Source: Candidatus Eiseniibacteriota bacterium (GTDB lineage Bacteria; Eisenbacteria; RBG-16-71-46). Taken from it: DNA of 64,000 nucleotides. Position 1 is the first letter of the stretch. Each line of letters begins with the position of its first letter. Both the position numbers and the translations under genes were made by a program. Below are positions 1 to 8,575 of this stretch, piece by piece. The notes below the pieces were generated by a model. It was given only the letters and a program-made list of their open reading frames with translations. It was not told the origin of the DNA and did not search any database. The stretch covers positions 519,719-583,718 of the forward strand of contig CAVUWA010000009.1 in NCBI GenBank assembly GCA_963744995.1. Direction: 5' to 3'.

Positions 1-1866
1 CAACGACACGCCGAAGGCATCGCCCCAGCGCACGTTGTACGCCTGGTTGGATACGAGATTGCAGGATCCGACGGCCACGCTCGAAGGCGAGTCGAAGAAC
101 ACACCATCGCCCGAGTTGAGGCTCACCGTCGTGTGCGCCATCGAGAAACTGGAGCCGTCCCGAACCCAGATCCCGCCCGCGCCCCCGCTCGCCGCGGTGT
201 TGGCGGTGACCACGCAGTCGGTGACGCTCAAGACCGTGGAGTACCCGGTCATGATCCCCGTGTCACCATTGTTCTGCACCTCGGTACCGAGAATCGCCAC
301 GTCGTTTCCCTCGACGTAGATTCCACCGCCCGTGTTGTCCTCGAGCCGGCAGCCGATGATCCGCCTCTTCGAAGCCGGCCCACCGGACATCAGCAGTGTC
401 GGCCGGCCGACCGACGACACGCCGCTGCACTGGCGGATGATCGTGCATTCGATTGCCGGGTTGTTCGCAGCGATCACCGCGGTGGCGTATTCGACCACGC
501 AATTGCGCAGGATGGAGCCGGAAACGTAGTTCCCCTGTCCGTCATAGGTCGCTCCAGTGGCGGTCGATCTGAGCACGACGCCACCCCAACTCCCCGGGAC
601 CGCGCTCGTGCCCGTGAAGCGGATCGGCGCACCATTCGACGCATCGGCCACGAGGACGCCGCCGCTCGTGCCTCCCCCGACGTAGAGGGTGGTTCCCGGC
701 TCGAATCTCAGCTCGACCCCGGGGTCGATCGTCAGCGTGGCTCCATCGACAATGGTGACGTCGGTCGAGAACTCGTACGGGCTCCCGGCCGTCCCGAATC
801 GGGTGTCCGTGGAGATCACCTCGCCCGCGATCACACCACGTCCCTTGCATAGGATCGTTCCACAGGCCGGCCCGCAGGTGAGGCAGCTGCTCAGCCCCGG
901 GCTGCACGACACTGGGCCGTCGATGGCCGGCGTGAAGCGCACGGTGAGCGCAGAGACGCCGGGGGGGATGGACATGAAGTCGAAGGCTCCAAAGTGGAAT
1001 GGTCCGCAGCCCGAGCCGTTGTTGTAGATCGAGTGGTCCGTCGTGTTGTGGATATAGACGGTGGTTTCCGCCGTCGCCCCGATCACGACGTCTCCGAAGT
1101 CGATCTCCGTGGGCGTCAAGTAGCACGGAGCCTGTGGCGTCGCGGGAGTCCCCTTGCCACTGAGCGCGACCGGGCCGCAGGCGGACGATCCGATCATCAG
1201 GTCGCACGCCTGCGCCGTGGTATCGGAGGGGCTGAAGCGAATCGTGAACTGCTGCGATGCGCCGGGGGCCAGGGCGTAGGAGGCGATGCCGGCGACGCTG
1301 AAGACGCCGCAGGTCTCGACCCGGCCATTCAGGTTCACCGGGCCTGTGTTGAAGATCGTGAGAGAACGATCGGCGTACGAACCCACCTCGACCTCGCCGA
1401 AGTCGATGGACTGCGTGGACAGGGAGCAGGCGGCGAAGGCGGCCGTATCGGATGAGACCCCCATGCACACGACGCGTGCAGCTGTGTTCGCCACCTCCAG
1501 GGTGCACGCCATCGCACCGGTGACGACGGGATGGAACATGACATGGATGCCGATCGACTGCTGCGGATCGAGCATGAAGGCCGCTGAATCGAGCACCACG
1601 AAGGCCGGGTGCACCGAAAGCACCCGTGACGTCAGCGGGCCATGGCCCGAGTTCGTGACCTGGAACTCACGCGTGTGCTCGCTGGCCACGACGACCGTAT
1701 CGAAGTCGACGGCCTGCGGCGTCACGGACGCCTCGGTGGACGGTGTCACAGCAGGCTCCGTGGGCGTCCGCGCGCATGCCGCGAACAGCACGCCCACGGC
1801 GAGAACACCGACGAGCAGCCCGCTCGCGCGCTTCGACGGCCCGCTGCGCTGCACCGGAATGGACAT
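1..1866 (-). CDS. Secreted lipoprotein with three ASH/choice-of-anchor-D-like Ig domains and a right-handed beta-helix region (3' end runs off window)
   Basis: Not in the ORF track because its stop is outside the window. Manual translation from ATG 1866 gives MSIPVQRSG...LVGVLAVGVLFAAC (lipobox). Three 'xDFxxV..G...FxxxN' Ig-like repeats follow (AVDFDTVVV, SIDFGEVEVG, EIDFGDVVIG), then 'GSPYEFSTDVTIVDGATLTIDPGVELRF', typical of beta-helix starts. Confidence 0.8.
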   Translation of the reverse strand, partial: MSIPVQRSGPSKRASGLLVGVLAVGVLFAACARTPTEPAVTPSTEASVTPQAVDFDTVVVASEHTREFQVTNSGHGPLTSRVLSVHPAFVVLDSAAFMLDPQQSIGIHVMFHPVVTGAMACTLEVANTAARVVCMGVSSDTAAFAACSLSTQSIDFGEVEVGSYADRSLTIFNTGPVNLNGRVETCGVFSVAGIASYALAPGASQQFTIRFSPSDTTAQACDLMIGSSACGPVALSGKGTPATPQAPCYLTPTEIDFGDVVIGATAETTVYIHNTTDHSIYNNGSGCGPFHFGAFDFMSIPPGVSALTVRFTPAIDGPVSCSPGLSSCLTCGPACGTILCKGRGVIAGEVISTDTRFGTAGSPYEFSTDVTIVDGATLTIDPGVELRFEPGTTLYVGGGTSGGVLVADASNGAPIRFTGTSAVPGSWGGVVLRSTATGATYDGQGNYVSGSILRNCVVEYATAVIAANNPAIECTIIRQCSGVSSVGRPTLLMSGGPASKRRIIGCRLEDNTGGGIYVEGNDVAILGTEVQNNGDTGIMTGYSTVLSVTDCVVTANTAASGGAGGIWVRDGSSFSMAHTTVSLNSGDGVFFDSPSSVAVGSCNLVSNQAYNVRWGDAFGVSL

Positions 1867-1926
1867 GTTCGAATTCTACGCCCCCGGCCCGTCGAGAACC
1901 ACCCCCGCGGGCGCACCGCGGGCCGG

Positions 1927-3714
1927 CTACTCCAGCAGCACGGCCCGGCCGGTCGCCTGTCGGCCCGCCGCAGTCATCCGGAACCAGTACATGCCGGGTG
2001 CCGCCGCACGGCCGTCGTCGCCGTTCCCGTTCCAGCGCACCACGTTGCCGCCGGCACGGCCCACGCCGGTGAGCGCGGCGACCCGGTGCCCGGCCGCGTC
2101 GAAGACGTCGATCCGGTACGGTCCGGCCGCGGGCAGCTCGAACCGGAGCGCCGTGCCTCCGTGGAAGGGATTCGGGGCGCTCGACAGGGCGATGCCCGCC
2201 GGCGCGACGCCCGGCTCCACCCCGGTGACCGAACCCGACTCCCAGTAGATGTCGTCGATCGCGAACTCGCAGCCCGTGCCGTTCTCCTCGAGAATCACGA
2301 ACTCGTAGTTGAGCATGCGCAGGTCGATGAGCAGGCCGCGCAGCTCGCTGATCGGAATCGACACTTCGCCCCATTCGCCGTTGCGCACGAGGCCGTACTT
2401 GGTCGTATTGGCCGGGAGCTGCACGTAGTTCTGATTGCCCCACGTGTCGATGACGCCGATCTTGAACGTGACGTTGGCGGGGATCTTGATCCGGAACTTG
2501 AGGTTGCCGTCGCCGAGATCGAACAGGTTCACCGGCTGGACGGACTGGATGCCCGCGCCGAACCAGCCTTTGCCGTTGGTCTGCCACGCGAGGACGTTCG
2601 TTCCCTCCCAGGGCGCGATCGTGCCGTCGACGAGCGTGCTTTCCCACACCCAGACGTGCGAGGTCACGTCGGTGACGAGGCCGTCGTTCACGGGGGTCGT
2701 GTCGGTGAAGAGACCGAACCGCCCGTGCTCCGCCGGGGGCGGTCCTAGCGTGACCTCGCCCTGGCCGTTCCACTGGTAGATGCGCACGTAGTCCACGTAC
2801 ATCGTCGCCGGCAGCGGCATCGAGACCGGCAGGCCGCTCGCCGGGTTGCCGAGCTGCCAGCAGTCGGTGAATGCGCCGCCGATCGCGAGATTCGTGATCA
2901 TGTAGAACGGCGCTCGGAACTCGTCGGAGTCGCCGTCGATGTACAGCGCATGCGTGTACAGGTCGTGTTCGACACCGTCGTCCACGACCGTGAAGCGGAT
3001 CGAGTCCTGGTCCCAGTACATCCGGTAGATCATGAAGCGGCCGTTGAACGGATTCGCGTAGTTGTAGTAGGGACGCGCGAGCGTGTCGGCCGGATCGTAG
3101 GAGATGCTGAGCGCGCCCGACGGGTTCTGCGCCGTCACGGCGGTGGGGGAGTAGTAGATCGCGTTCGCGCCGACCTGCTGGTTGACGGTCGAGTTGTCGA
3201 GCCCGTTACCGCCGTTGTGCGTATCGTGGGCGTCGCGACCGGACTTCTTGATGCCCAGCTCCATCATGTCGAGCTCGCCGTTGTACGGCCACGTCGCGTT
3301 GGCGGTGCCGAGCAGCCAGAAGGCGGGCCACCCGCCGAGGTCCAGGTTCGGCACCAGCACGCGGGTCTCGACCATTCCGTACTTCACGGTGACGAACGAC
3401 TTGCTCACCACTTTGCCCGACGTGTAGTTCAGCGGATTGCCCCACTGATCCACGATCCCCGGGCCGCTCTCGTTCTTCGCGACGATCCGCAGCGCCTTGT
3501 TGCCCGGCTCGCCCGGAACGTCGGCGATGTCGACGTTCTCGTTCTTGTAGAACTCGAGCTCGCCGTTGCCCCAGCCCCAGGCCCCGTTGCCCTCGACCTT
3601 CAGCCAGTGGTCGAGGTTGTCGAAGTTGTCTTCCCACAACAGTGCGCCGACCTGTGCCCGGGCCGTCCCGGCCATGGCAGCGAGGAGCGCGAGCGCGACG
3701 ATGAGCTTCCGCAT
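1927..3714 (-). CDS. Secreted GH16 glycoside hydrolase (beta-1,3-glucanase/laminarinase-like) with C-terminal FlgD-like Ig domain
   Basis: Signal peptide MRKLIVALALLAAMAGTARA from ATG 3714; 'WPAFWLLG...WPYNGELDMME' (ExDxxE catalytic motif); 'MYVDYVRIYQ'; C-terminal 'APNPF...DVFDAAGHRV...WNGNGDDG..AAPGMYW'. Confidence 0.9.
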   Translation of the reverse strand: MRKLIVALALLAAMAGTARAQVGALLWEDNFDNLDHWLKVEGNGAWGWGNGELEFYKNENVDIADVPGEPGNKALRIVAKNESGPGIVDQWGNPLNYTSGKVVSKSFVTVKYGMVETRVLVPNLDLGGWPAFWLLGTANATWPYNGELDMMELGIKKSGRDAHDTHNGGNGLDNSTVNQQVGANAIYYSPTAVTAQNPSGALSISYDPADTLARPYYNYANPFNGRFMIYRMYWDQDSIRFTVVDDGVEHDLYTHALYIDGDSDEFRAPFYMITNLAIGGAFTDCWQLGNPASGLPVSMPLPATMYVDYVRIYQWNGQGEVTLGPPPAEHGRFGLFTDTTPVNDGLVTDVTSHVWVWESTLVDGTIAPWEGTNVLAWQTNGKGWFGAGIQSVQPVNLFDLGDGNLKFRIKIPANVTFKIGVIDTWGNQNYVQLPANTTKYGLVRNGEWGEVSIPISELRGLLIDLRMLNYEFVILEENGTGCEFAIDDIYWESGSVTGVEPGVAPAGIALSSAPNPFHGGTALRFELPAAGPYRIDVFDAAGHRVAALTGVGRAGGNVVRWNGNGDDGRAAAPGMYWFRMTAAGRQATGRAVLLE

Positions 3715-3822
3715 GAAGGTACCCTCGTTTTCGTGGGTCCGGGCCACCCGGTCGGGGCCCCGTGGGCCCTGCGGCCCCCACCGCGCCGCATGAGCCGGTG
3801 CGAAGAATCGCGGCAAACGCCA

Positions 3823-3851
3823 TTGTAGACTTTGTGCGATTGCCGTACAAT
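3823..3851 (+). promoter_or_regulatory. Candidate sigma70 promoter (TTGTAG-N17-TACAAT)
   Basis: AT-rich patch in the divergent intergenic region with -35/-10-like hexamers spaced by 17 nt. Confidence 0.45.
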
Positions 3852-4216
3852 CCGGCCGTTGCAGGCAGACACGGGCGCCTGGGCGCCCGAACGTCCGGCG
3901 ATACGGCCGGACGCCCTGTTGCGGTCGACCACCACCGAGAGGCCACGTCGCCCATGCGCGCGCGCAGGAGTGTCACGCTGCCCGACCGTTCCTACGGTCG
4001 CGAAGCCCTCGTCGCCCGTGCATCGCGTTGCGAGCGCGGAGCGGTTTCGACCGCCAGCGTCGCTGCAATCTTCTCCGCCCGTCGCGAGACAGCTCCATCG
4101 CCGGGGGCAGTCATCACGGCCCCCGGCGTCCGGCGCCGCCTCGCGCTCCCGATTCCGATACTCGGAAGGTGCTCAGGGAGCGGGGAAGGATTCTCCGAGC
4201 GAAAGGCAGGCGCTTC

Positions 4217-4834
4217 ATGAAGACAACGGTCACACGGATGATGGGCTCGCTGTTCATCCTGGCGCTTCTGTCGGCTGCAGTGCCGGCGGCGGCCGCGAAC
4301 CTCCTCTACAACGCCGACTTCGAGGGTGGCGCGCTGGCCCCGTGGGCCGGCGTGGGCGGGCTCGGTCCGAACGCTACGATCACGCTCGCGGCGGACAACG
4401 GGCCGACGTTGCCCGGCACCACCTGCGCGTTCCTGAACAACATGGCCGAGGCCAACGGGCTGACCATGGCGCAGACGACGCCGAACGGCAGCGCGGCGCC
4501 CGGCACGGTGTTCTATTCGTACGATCTCAAGCTCGGAACGGCCGTGAACGGTGGCGTGTTCTTCGTCGAGATCTTCGCGCAGAACTCGGTCGGCGCCGTG
4601 ATCGGCGGCGCCGGTCTGCAGGGCAACTACGCGCCGGCCGGCTGGACGCACTTCAGCGGGTCGTTCGTCGCACCGGCGAACACGGATCATCTGACGATCC
4701 AGTTCGAGGCGCCGACGGGCGCCGTCGTGGGCAGCGTGTCCTCGATGTACGTGGACAATGTGGATCTGCACCAGGAGCTCGCGACCCCGACCAGCGACAC
4801 CAGCTGGGGACGTTTGAAAGAGCTGTATCGCTGA
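4217..4834 (+). CDS. Secreted protein with CBM4/9-like (galactose-binding-like) domain and C-terminal SWGRLKELYR motif
   Basis: Signal peptide; 'NLLYNADFEGG...W' start and 'MYVDNVDL' end typical of CBM-like jelly rolls; AAAGGCAGG upstream of ATG 4217. Confidence 0.65.
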   Translation: MKTTVTRMMGSLFILALLSAAVPAAAANLLYNADFEGGALAPWAGVGGLGPNATITLAADNGPTLPGTTCAFLNNMAEANGLTMAQTTPNGSAAPGTVFYSYDLKLGTAVNGGVFFVEIFAQNSVGAVIGGAGLQGNYAPAGWTHFSGSFVAPANTDHLTIQFEAPTGAVVGSVSSMYVDNVDLHQELATPTSDTSWGRLKELYR

Positions 4835-5035
4835 CATGGAGTGACCTGCTGTCGAGGTCGATCAGTGGTTCTCCCGGCGGCCACCCTCGCGAGGGGGTGG
4901 CCGTCCGGGTCTGCGGCAGCGCCGCTCGGCGTCATGGTACCTTGCGCGTGGCGCCCGCTCCGCCATCCGCCGCGGGGCGCGGGATCAGGAGCGCCGTCGA
5001 CGCTGGTCGAACTTCATCGAACGCGGGGGGATACG

Positions 5036-5572
5036 TTGTCCAGACTGCTGCTGGGTTTCGTGATCGGACTTCTCATCGTGCCTGCGGCCGCGGCGTTGTA
5101 CGTGTTCACGGGACATTTCCCCTTCGAGGCGACCGCCAGGCCGCCGCGCTGGGAGCGCCGGCTCGCCGGCATGGCCCTGGACCCCGCCATGGACGCGAAG
5201 GCCAGGGCGTTTGCCAACCCGCTCACCGCCACCGACGCCGACTTGGCGAAGGGCATGAGAATCTACCGGGAGGAGTGCGCCGAATGCCACGGCGAACCGG
5301 GCAAGCCCAGCACCTGGGGCAGGAACAACTTCTATCCGCCGGCGCCGCAGCTCGCCGACCGGGGCATCGACGACCCGGTGCCCCACATCTTCGTCGCTGC
5401 GAAATACGGCATCCGCTACACGGGCATGGGGGGCTGGAAGGACGAGCTCCCGGACGACGACCTGTGGCGCGTTTCGATGTTCCTGCACCAGGTGAAGTCT
5501 CTGCCGCCGGCGGTGGCGGCGGGCTGGAACGAACCGCTGCAGGCGGACTCGAGCTCGGCGGATTCGCACTGA
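5036..5572 (+). CDS. Membrane-anchored monoheme cytochrome c
   Basis: TTG start after GGGGG; N-terminal TM; CAECH heme motif; 'YPPAPQL...GIRYTGMGGW' distal Met region. Confidence 0.85.
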   Translation: MSRLLLGFVIGLLIVPAAAALYVFTGHFPFEATARPPRWERRLAGMALDPAMDAKARAFANPLTATDADLAKGMRIYREECAECHGEPGKPSTWGRNNFYPPAPQLADRGIDDPVPHIFVAAKYGIRYTGMGGWKDELPDDDLWRVSMFLHQVKSLPPAVAAGWNEPLQADSSSADSH

Positions 5573-5665
5573 CGCGAGCCGCGGCCGGTCGACGGAGCTT
5601 TCCGTCCCTTCTCGGGCCGGTGCGCACCCGGCCCCGGCGGCGGCCGCTGAGATCGGAGAGTCGGC

Positions 5666-6679
5666 ATGGCGTTTCGATTCTGGCGGCGCATTCGCCTCGC
5701 GCCCGGCGTCACGCTCAACCTGAGCAAGTCCACGGCTTCGCTCTCGCTCGGGCCGCGCGGGGCGAAGTACACGGTGAGCCCGCGCGGGTCGCGCGCCACG
5801 TTCGGGCTGCCCGGCACCGGCCTGTTCTACACGGTGAAGCCGGACGGCGCTTCGGTGCCGCGGCCGCGCAGCGTGCCGCAGAGGGATCGCCTTTCCATGA
5901 GCTTCCTCCAGCGCCTCGTGACGCCCGCGGGTGAGAAGGCGTTCGTGGACGGGCTGCGGGCTTTCCACGAGGGCCGCGAAGACGCCGCCCTCGAGCAGCT
6001 GGAGGCGGCGGCGGACCTGCCGGACGCGGCGTGGCTGGCCGGCATGCTGCGACTCCGTCGCGAGGACCTGCAACAGGCCGAACGTCATCTGAAGGGGGCC
6101 CTCGACGAGCGCCTCGGCACGCTGTACGAAAAGTACGGCGTGGGCGCCTCGATGGACCTCCCGGTGACGCACGAAGTCACCGCTTACGTGAGCCCGGAAC
6201 CGCGCAGCACGCTGCTGGCCCTGGCCGAACTCTACCAGCAGCGCGGCGAACCGGCGGCGGCGCGTGACGCGCTGACGCAGCTGCTCCAGCGCTCGCCGGA
6301 CGACGCGGTGGCGAAGGCGTCACTGGCCGAGTTGCTCCTGGACGAACGGCCGCCGGAGGCCGGAGCGGTCGTGCAGCTGACGGCCGGCATCGAAAACGAG
6401 ACGCCCGTCCACACCGCCCTGCTCCTCTACAAAGGGCGTGCGCTGCGCTTGCTGGGACTCCACGATGCGGCCATTGCGGCGCTCACGGCGGCGTTCCGGC
6501 GCAGAAAGGACCGCGCGCCCGGGCTCCTGCGCGAGGTGCGCTACGAGCGCGCGCTCTCGTACGAGGCGGCGGGCCGGAGCCGCCGTGCCCGCAAGGAGCT
6601 GGAAGCGATCTATGCCGATGCGCCCGACTTCGAGGACGTGGCGACACGGCTCGGAATCGGCGGAGCGCAGGCTTCCTGA
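5666..6679 (+). CDS. DUF4236 domain + tetratricopeptide-repeat protein
   Basis: N-terminus MAFRFWRRIRLAPGVTLNLSKS...GLPGTGLFY is the DUF4236 signature; helical TPR-like C-terminus. Confidence 0.8.
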   Translation: MAFRFWRRIRLAPGVTLNLSKSTASLSLGPRGAKYTVSPRGSRATFGLPGTGLFYTVKPDGASVPRPRSVPQRDRLSMSFLQRLVTPAGEKAFVDGLRAFHEGREDAALEQLEAAADLPDAAWLAGMLRLRREDLQQAERHLKGALDERLGTLYEKYGVGASMDLPVTHEVTAYVSPEPRSTLLALAELYQQRGEPAAARDALTQLLQRSPDDAVAKASLAELLLDERPPEAGAVVQLTAGIENETPVHTALLLYKGRALRLLGLHDAAIAALTAAFRRRKDRAPGLLREVRYERALSYEAAGRSRRARKELEAIYADAPDFEDVATRLGIGGAQAS

Positions 6680-6882
6680 CGAATCTCGCACCGGAGCGCC
6701 GCCGCGACCCGGGCCACGCAGCCGTGCCGCCCCCTTTCGGACCCCGTGGCCGCAGGTCGTCGCGGTTCTGAGGTAGATTCCCGATACGTCGTCGGCGCGG
6801 CGGCCCCGGCCTGCGCTTGACCTGCACTCCCGTCCACCGCGGGGCGATGCCTGTTCCCTGCAGAGGTTCCCAAGGAGATACG

Positions 6883-8214
6883 ATGCGCGTGCTGCTGACC
6901 GTTCTCGCCCTGCTGGCCCGGGTCCCCACCGTTCACGCCGCCCCTGCGCCGGAGCTCGACCCCGCGATCGCCGCCGCCGTGGCGAAAGTCTCCGCCGAGC
7001 GCCTGAAGGCCGACGACGCGAGGCTGGTCGCGTTCGGGACGCGCAACACCTTTTCCGAGAAGCTGGGAGAGAAGCGCGGCGTGTTCGCCGCGCGCGCCTG
7101 GATCGCCGACCAGTTCCGCGAAATCGCGAAGACCAGCCATGGGCGCATGACCGTCGCCTACGACAGCTACCTCCAGAAGCCCGACGGCCGGCGCATCGTG
7201 CGTGACGTGGAGATCTCGAGCGTCATCGCCACGCTCGAGGGCGACGAGCCCGGTGGCCGTACCTATGTGATGTCCAGCCACTACGACTCGCGCAACACCG
7301 ACGTCGATGACGTGACGCGCGACGCGCCCGGCGCGGACGACAACGGTTCCGGAACGGCGGCGGTGATCGAAGCGGCCCGGGTGCTGGCCGGCCTGCCGAC
7401 GCACGCGACCATCATCTTCGCCACCTACGACTCCGAGGAGCAGGGCCTGTTCGGATCGTCGCACCACGCGGCGGCGCTGAAGGCCGCAGGCGTCGACGTA
7501 CAGGGCGATCTCAACAACGACATCATCGGTGCGTCGGTCGGTGACCAGGGGCAGAACAACCCGGGCACGGTGCGGATCTTCTCCGAGGCGCTCGCGGCCG
7601 GTGCCAATCCGGTCATGGTGAACGCGATCGGCAACGAGAACGATTCGCCCTCGCGCGAACTGGCCCGTTACGCGCAGGAGGTCGGCGACCGCTACGTGCC
7701 GGACCTGCACGGCGACCTGATCTTCCGCGCCGACCGCTTCCTGCGCGGCGGCGATCACGAATCGTTCAACGCGAACGGATTCCCGGCGATCCGTTTCACC
7801 GAGCCGGTCGAAACGTTTGCACACCAGCATCAGACCGTACGCACCGAGGACGGCATCGAATACGGTGACCTGCAGAAGTTCATGGACTTCGACTATCTGG
7901 CGCGGGTGACCCGCTACGACGTCGCCGTGCTGGCGTCGCTGGCGATGGGTCCGGGCCGCCCGGACTCCGCCTCGATCCTGACCCGCAAGCTGGACAACAA
8001 CACTCAGCTCGCCTGGACGTCCGTCCCCGGCGCCGCGACCTATGAAGTCGTGCGGCGCAGAACGACCTCGCCGAACTGGACCGACGCGACCGACGTCGGC
8101 GACGTCACCGAGGTGACGATGCCCTACTCCAAGGACAACTGGCTGTTCGGCATCCGTGCCGTCGACGCCGAAGGGCATCGCGGCGTGCCGGCGTTTCCGC
8201 TGCCGGTGCGGTAA
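6883..8214 (+). CDS. Secreted M28 family metallopeptidase
   Basis: AAGGAG RBS; signal peptide; SSHYDS, APGADDNGSGTA, SEEQGLFGS, NNDIIG and GGDH motifs. Confidence 0.9.
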   Translation: MRVLLTVLALLARVPTVHAAPAPELDPAIAAAVAKVSAERLKADDARLVAFGTRNTFSEKLGEKRGVFAARAWIADQFREIAKTSHGRMTVAYDSYLQKPDGRRIVRDVEISSVIATLEGDEPGGRTYVMSSHYDSRNTDVDDVTRDAPGADDNGSGTAAVIEAARVLAGLPTHATIIFATYDSEEQGLFGSSHHAAALKAAGVDVQGDLNNDIIGASVGDQGQNNPGTVRIFSEALAAGANPVMVNAIGNENDSPSRELARYAQEVGDRYVPDLHGDLIFRADRFLRGGDHESFNANGFPAIRFTEPVETFAHQHQTVRTEDGIEYGDLQKFMDFDYLARVTRYDVAVLASLAMGPGRPDSASILTRKLDNNTQLAWTSVPGAATYEVVRRRTTSPNWTDATDVGDVTEVTMPYSKDNWLFGIRAVDAEGHRGVPAFPLPVR

Positions 8215-8243
8215 CGCGGGCACAGGGGACACGTGGCCGCGCC

Positions 8244-8373
8244 AGGCAGTGTCTGAAAACGCCCGAAGGCAAGGCGTCGCAGTCGAGCGACGAGCGGGAT
8301 CGTGGCCTTCAGCCACGTTGGAGCGAGGAGCCGACTACGCAATGCAGCCCTCGGGCGTTTTCAGACACTGCCT
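8244..8373. mobile_element. 130-bp MITE-like/palindromic element with 23-bp perfect terminal inverted repeats
   Basis: AGGCAGTGTCTGAAAACGCCCGA (8244-8266) and its exact reverse complement TCGGGCGTTTTCAGACACTGCCT (8351-8373); lies between convergent genes and overlaps the TAG of the 8372-8575 gene. Confidence 0.7.
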
Positions 8374-8575
8374 ACCGCGCGAAGCGGATCAGCAGCAACG
8401 CCGCCGCACCGCCCAGAATCGCGAAGACCGCGAATGCGAATGCTGCCGAACGCAGGGCCTCGACCCGTGCGCGCCGCCGGTCGGTGAAGTGACGGCGGTA
8501 TTCCTCGAACGTGATCAGGTAGGCCATCACGCCCGCGATCGGACAGCAGACGGCCAGGACGACGACGGCGATCAT
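8372..8575 (-). CDS. Small two-TM membrane protein, coupled to the dynamin-like gene
   Basis: 67 aa with two hydrophobic segments; ATGA overlap with the stop of the upstream dynamin-like gene. Confidence 0.65.
   Translation of the reverse strand: MIAVVVLAVCCPIAGVMAYLITFEEYRRHFTDRRRARVEALRSAAFAFAVFAILGGAAALLLIRFAR

Noticed and set aside
6771..6790. Another kinase remnant after GAGGTAGATTCCCGATA
   Set aside because: The promoter-like motif matches but the downstream sequence shows no kinase similarity; at most a -10 element for the M28 gene.
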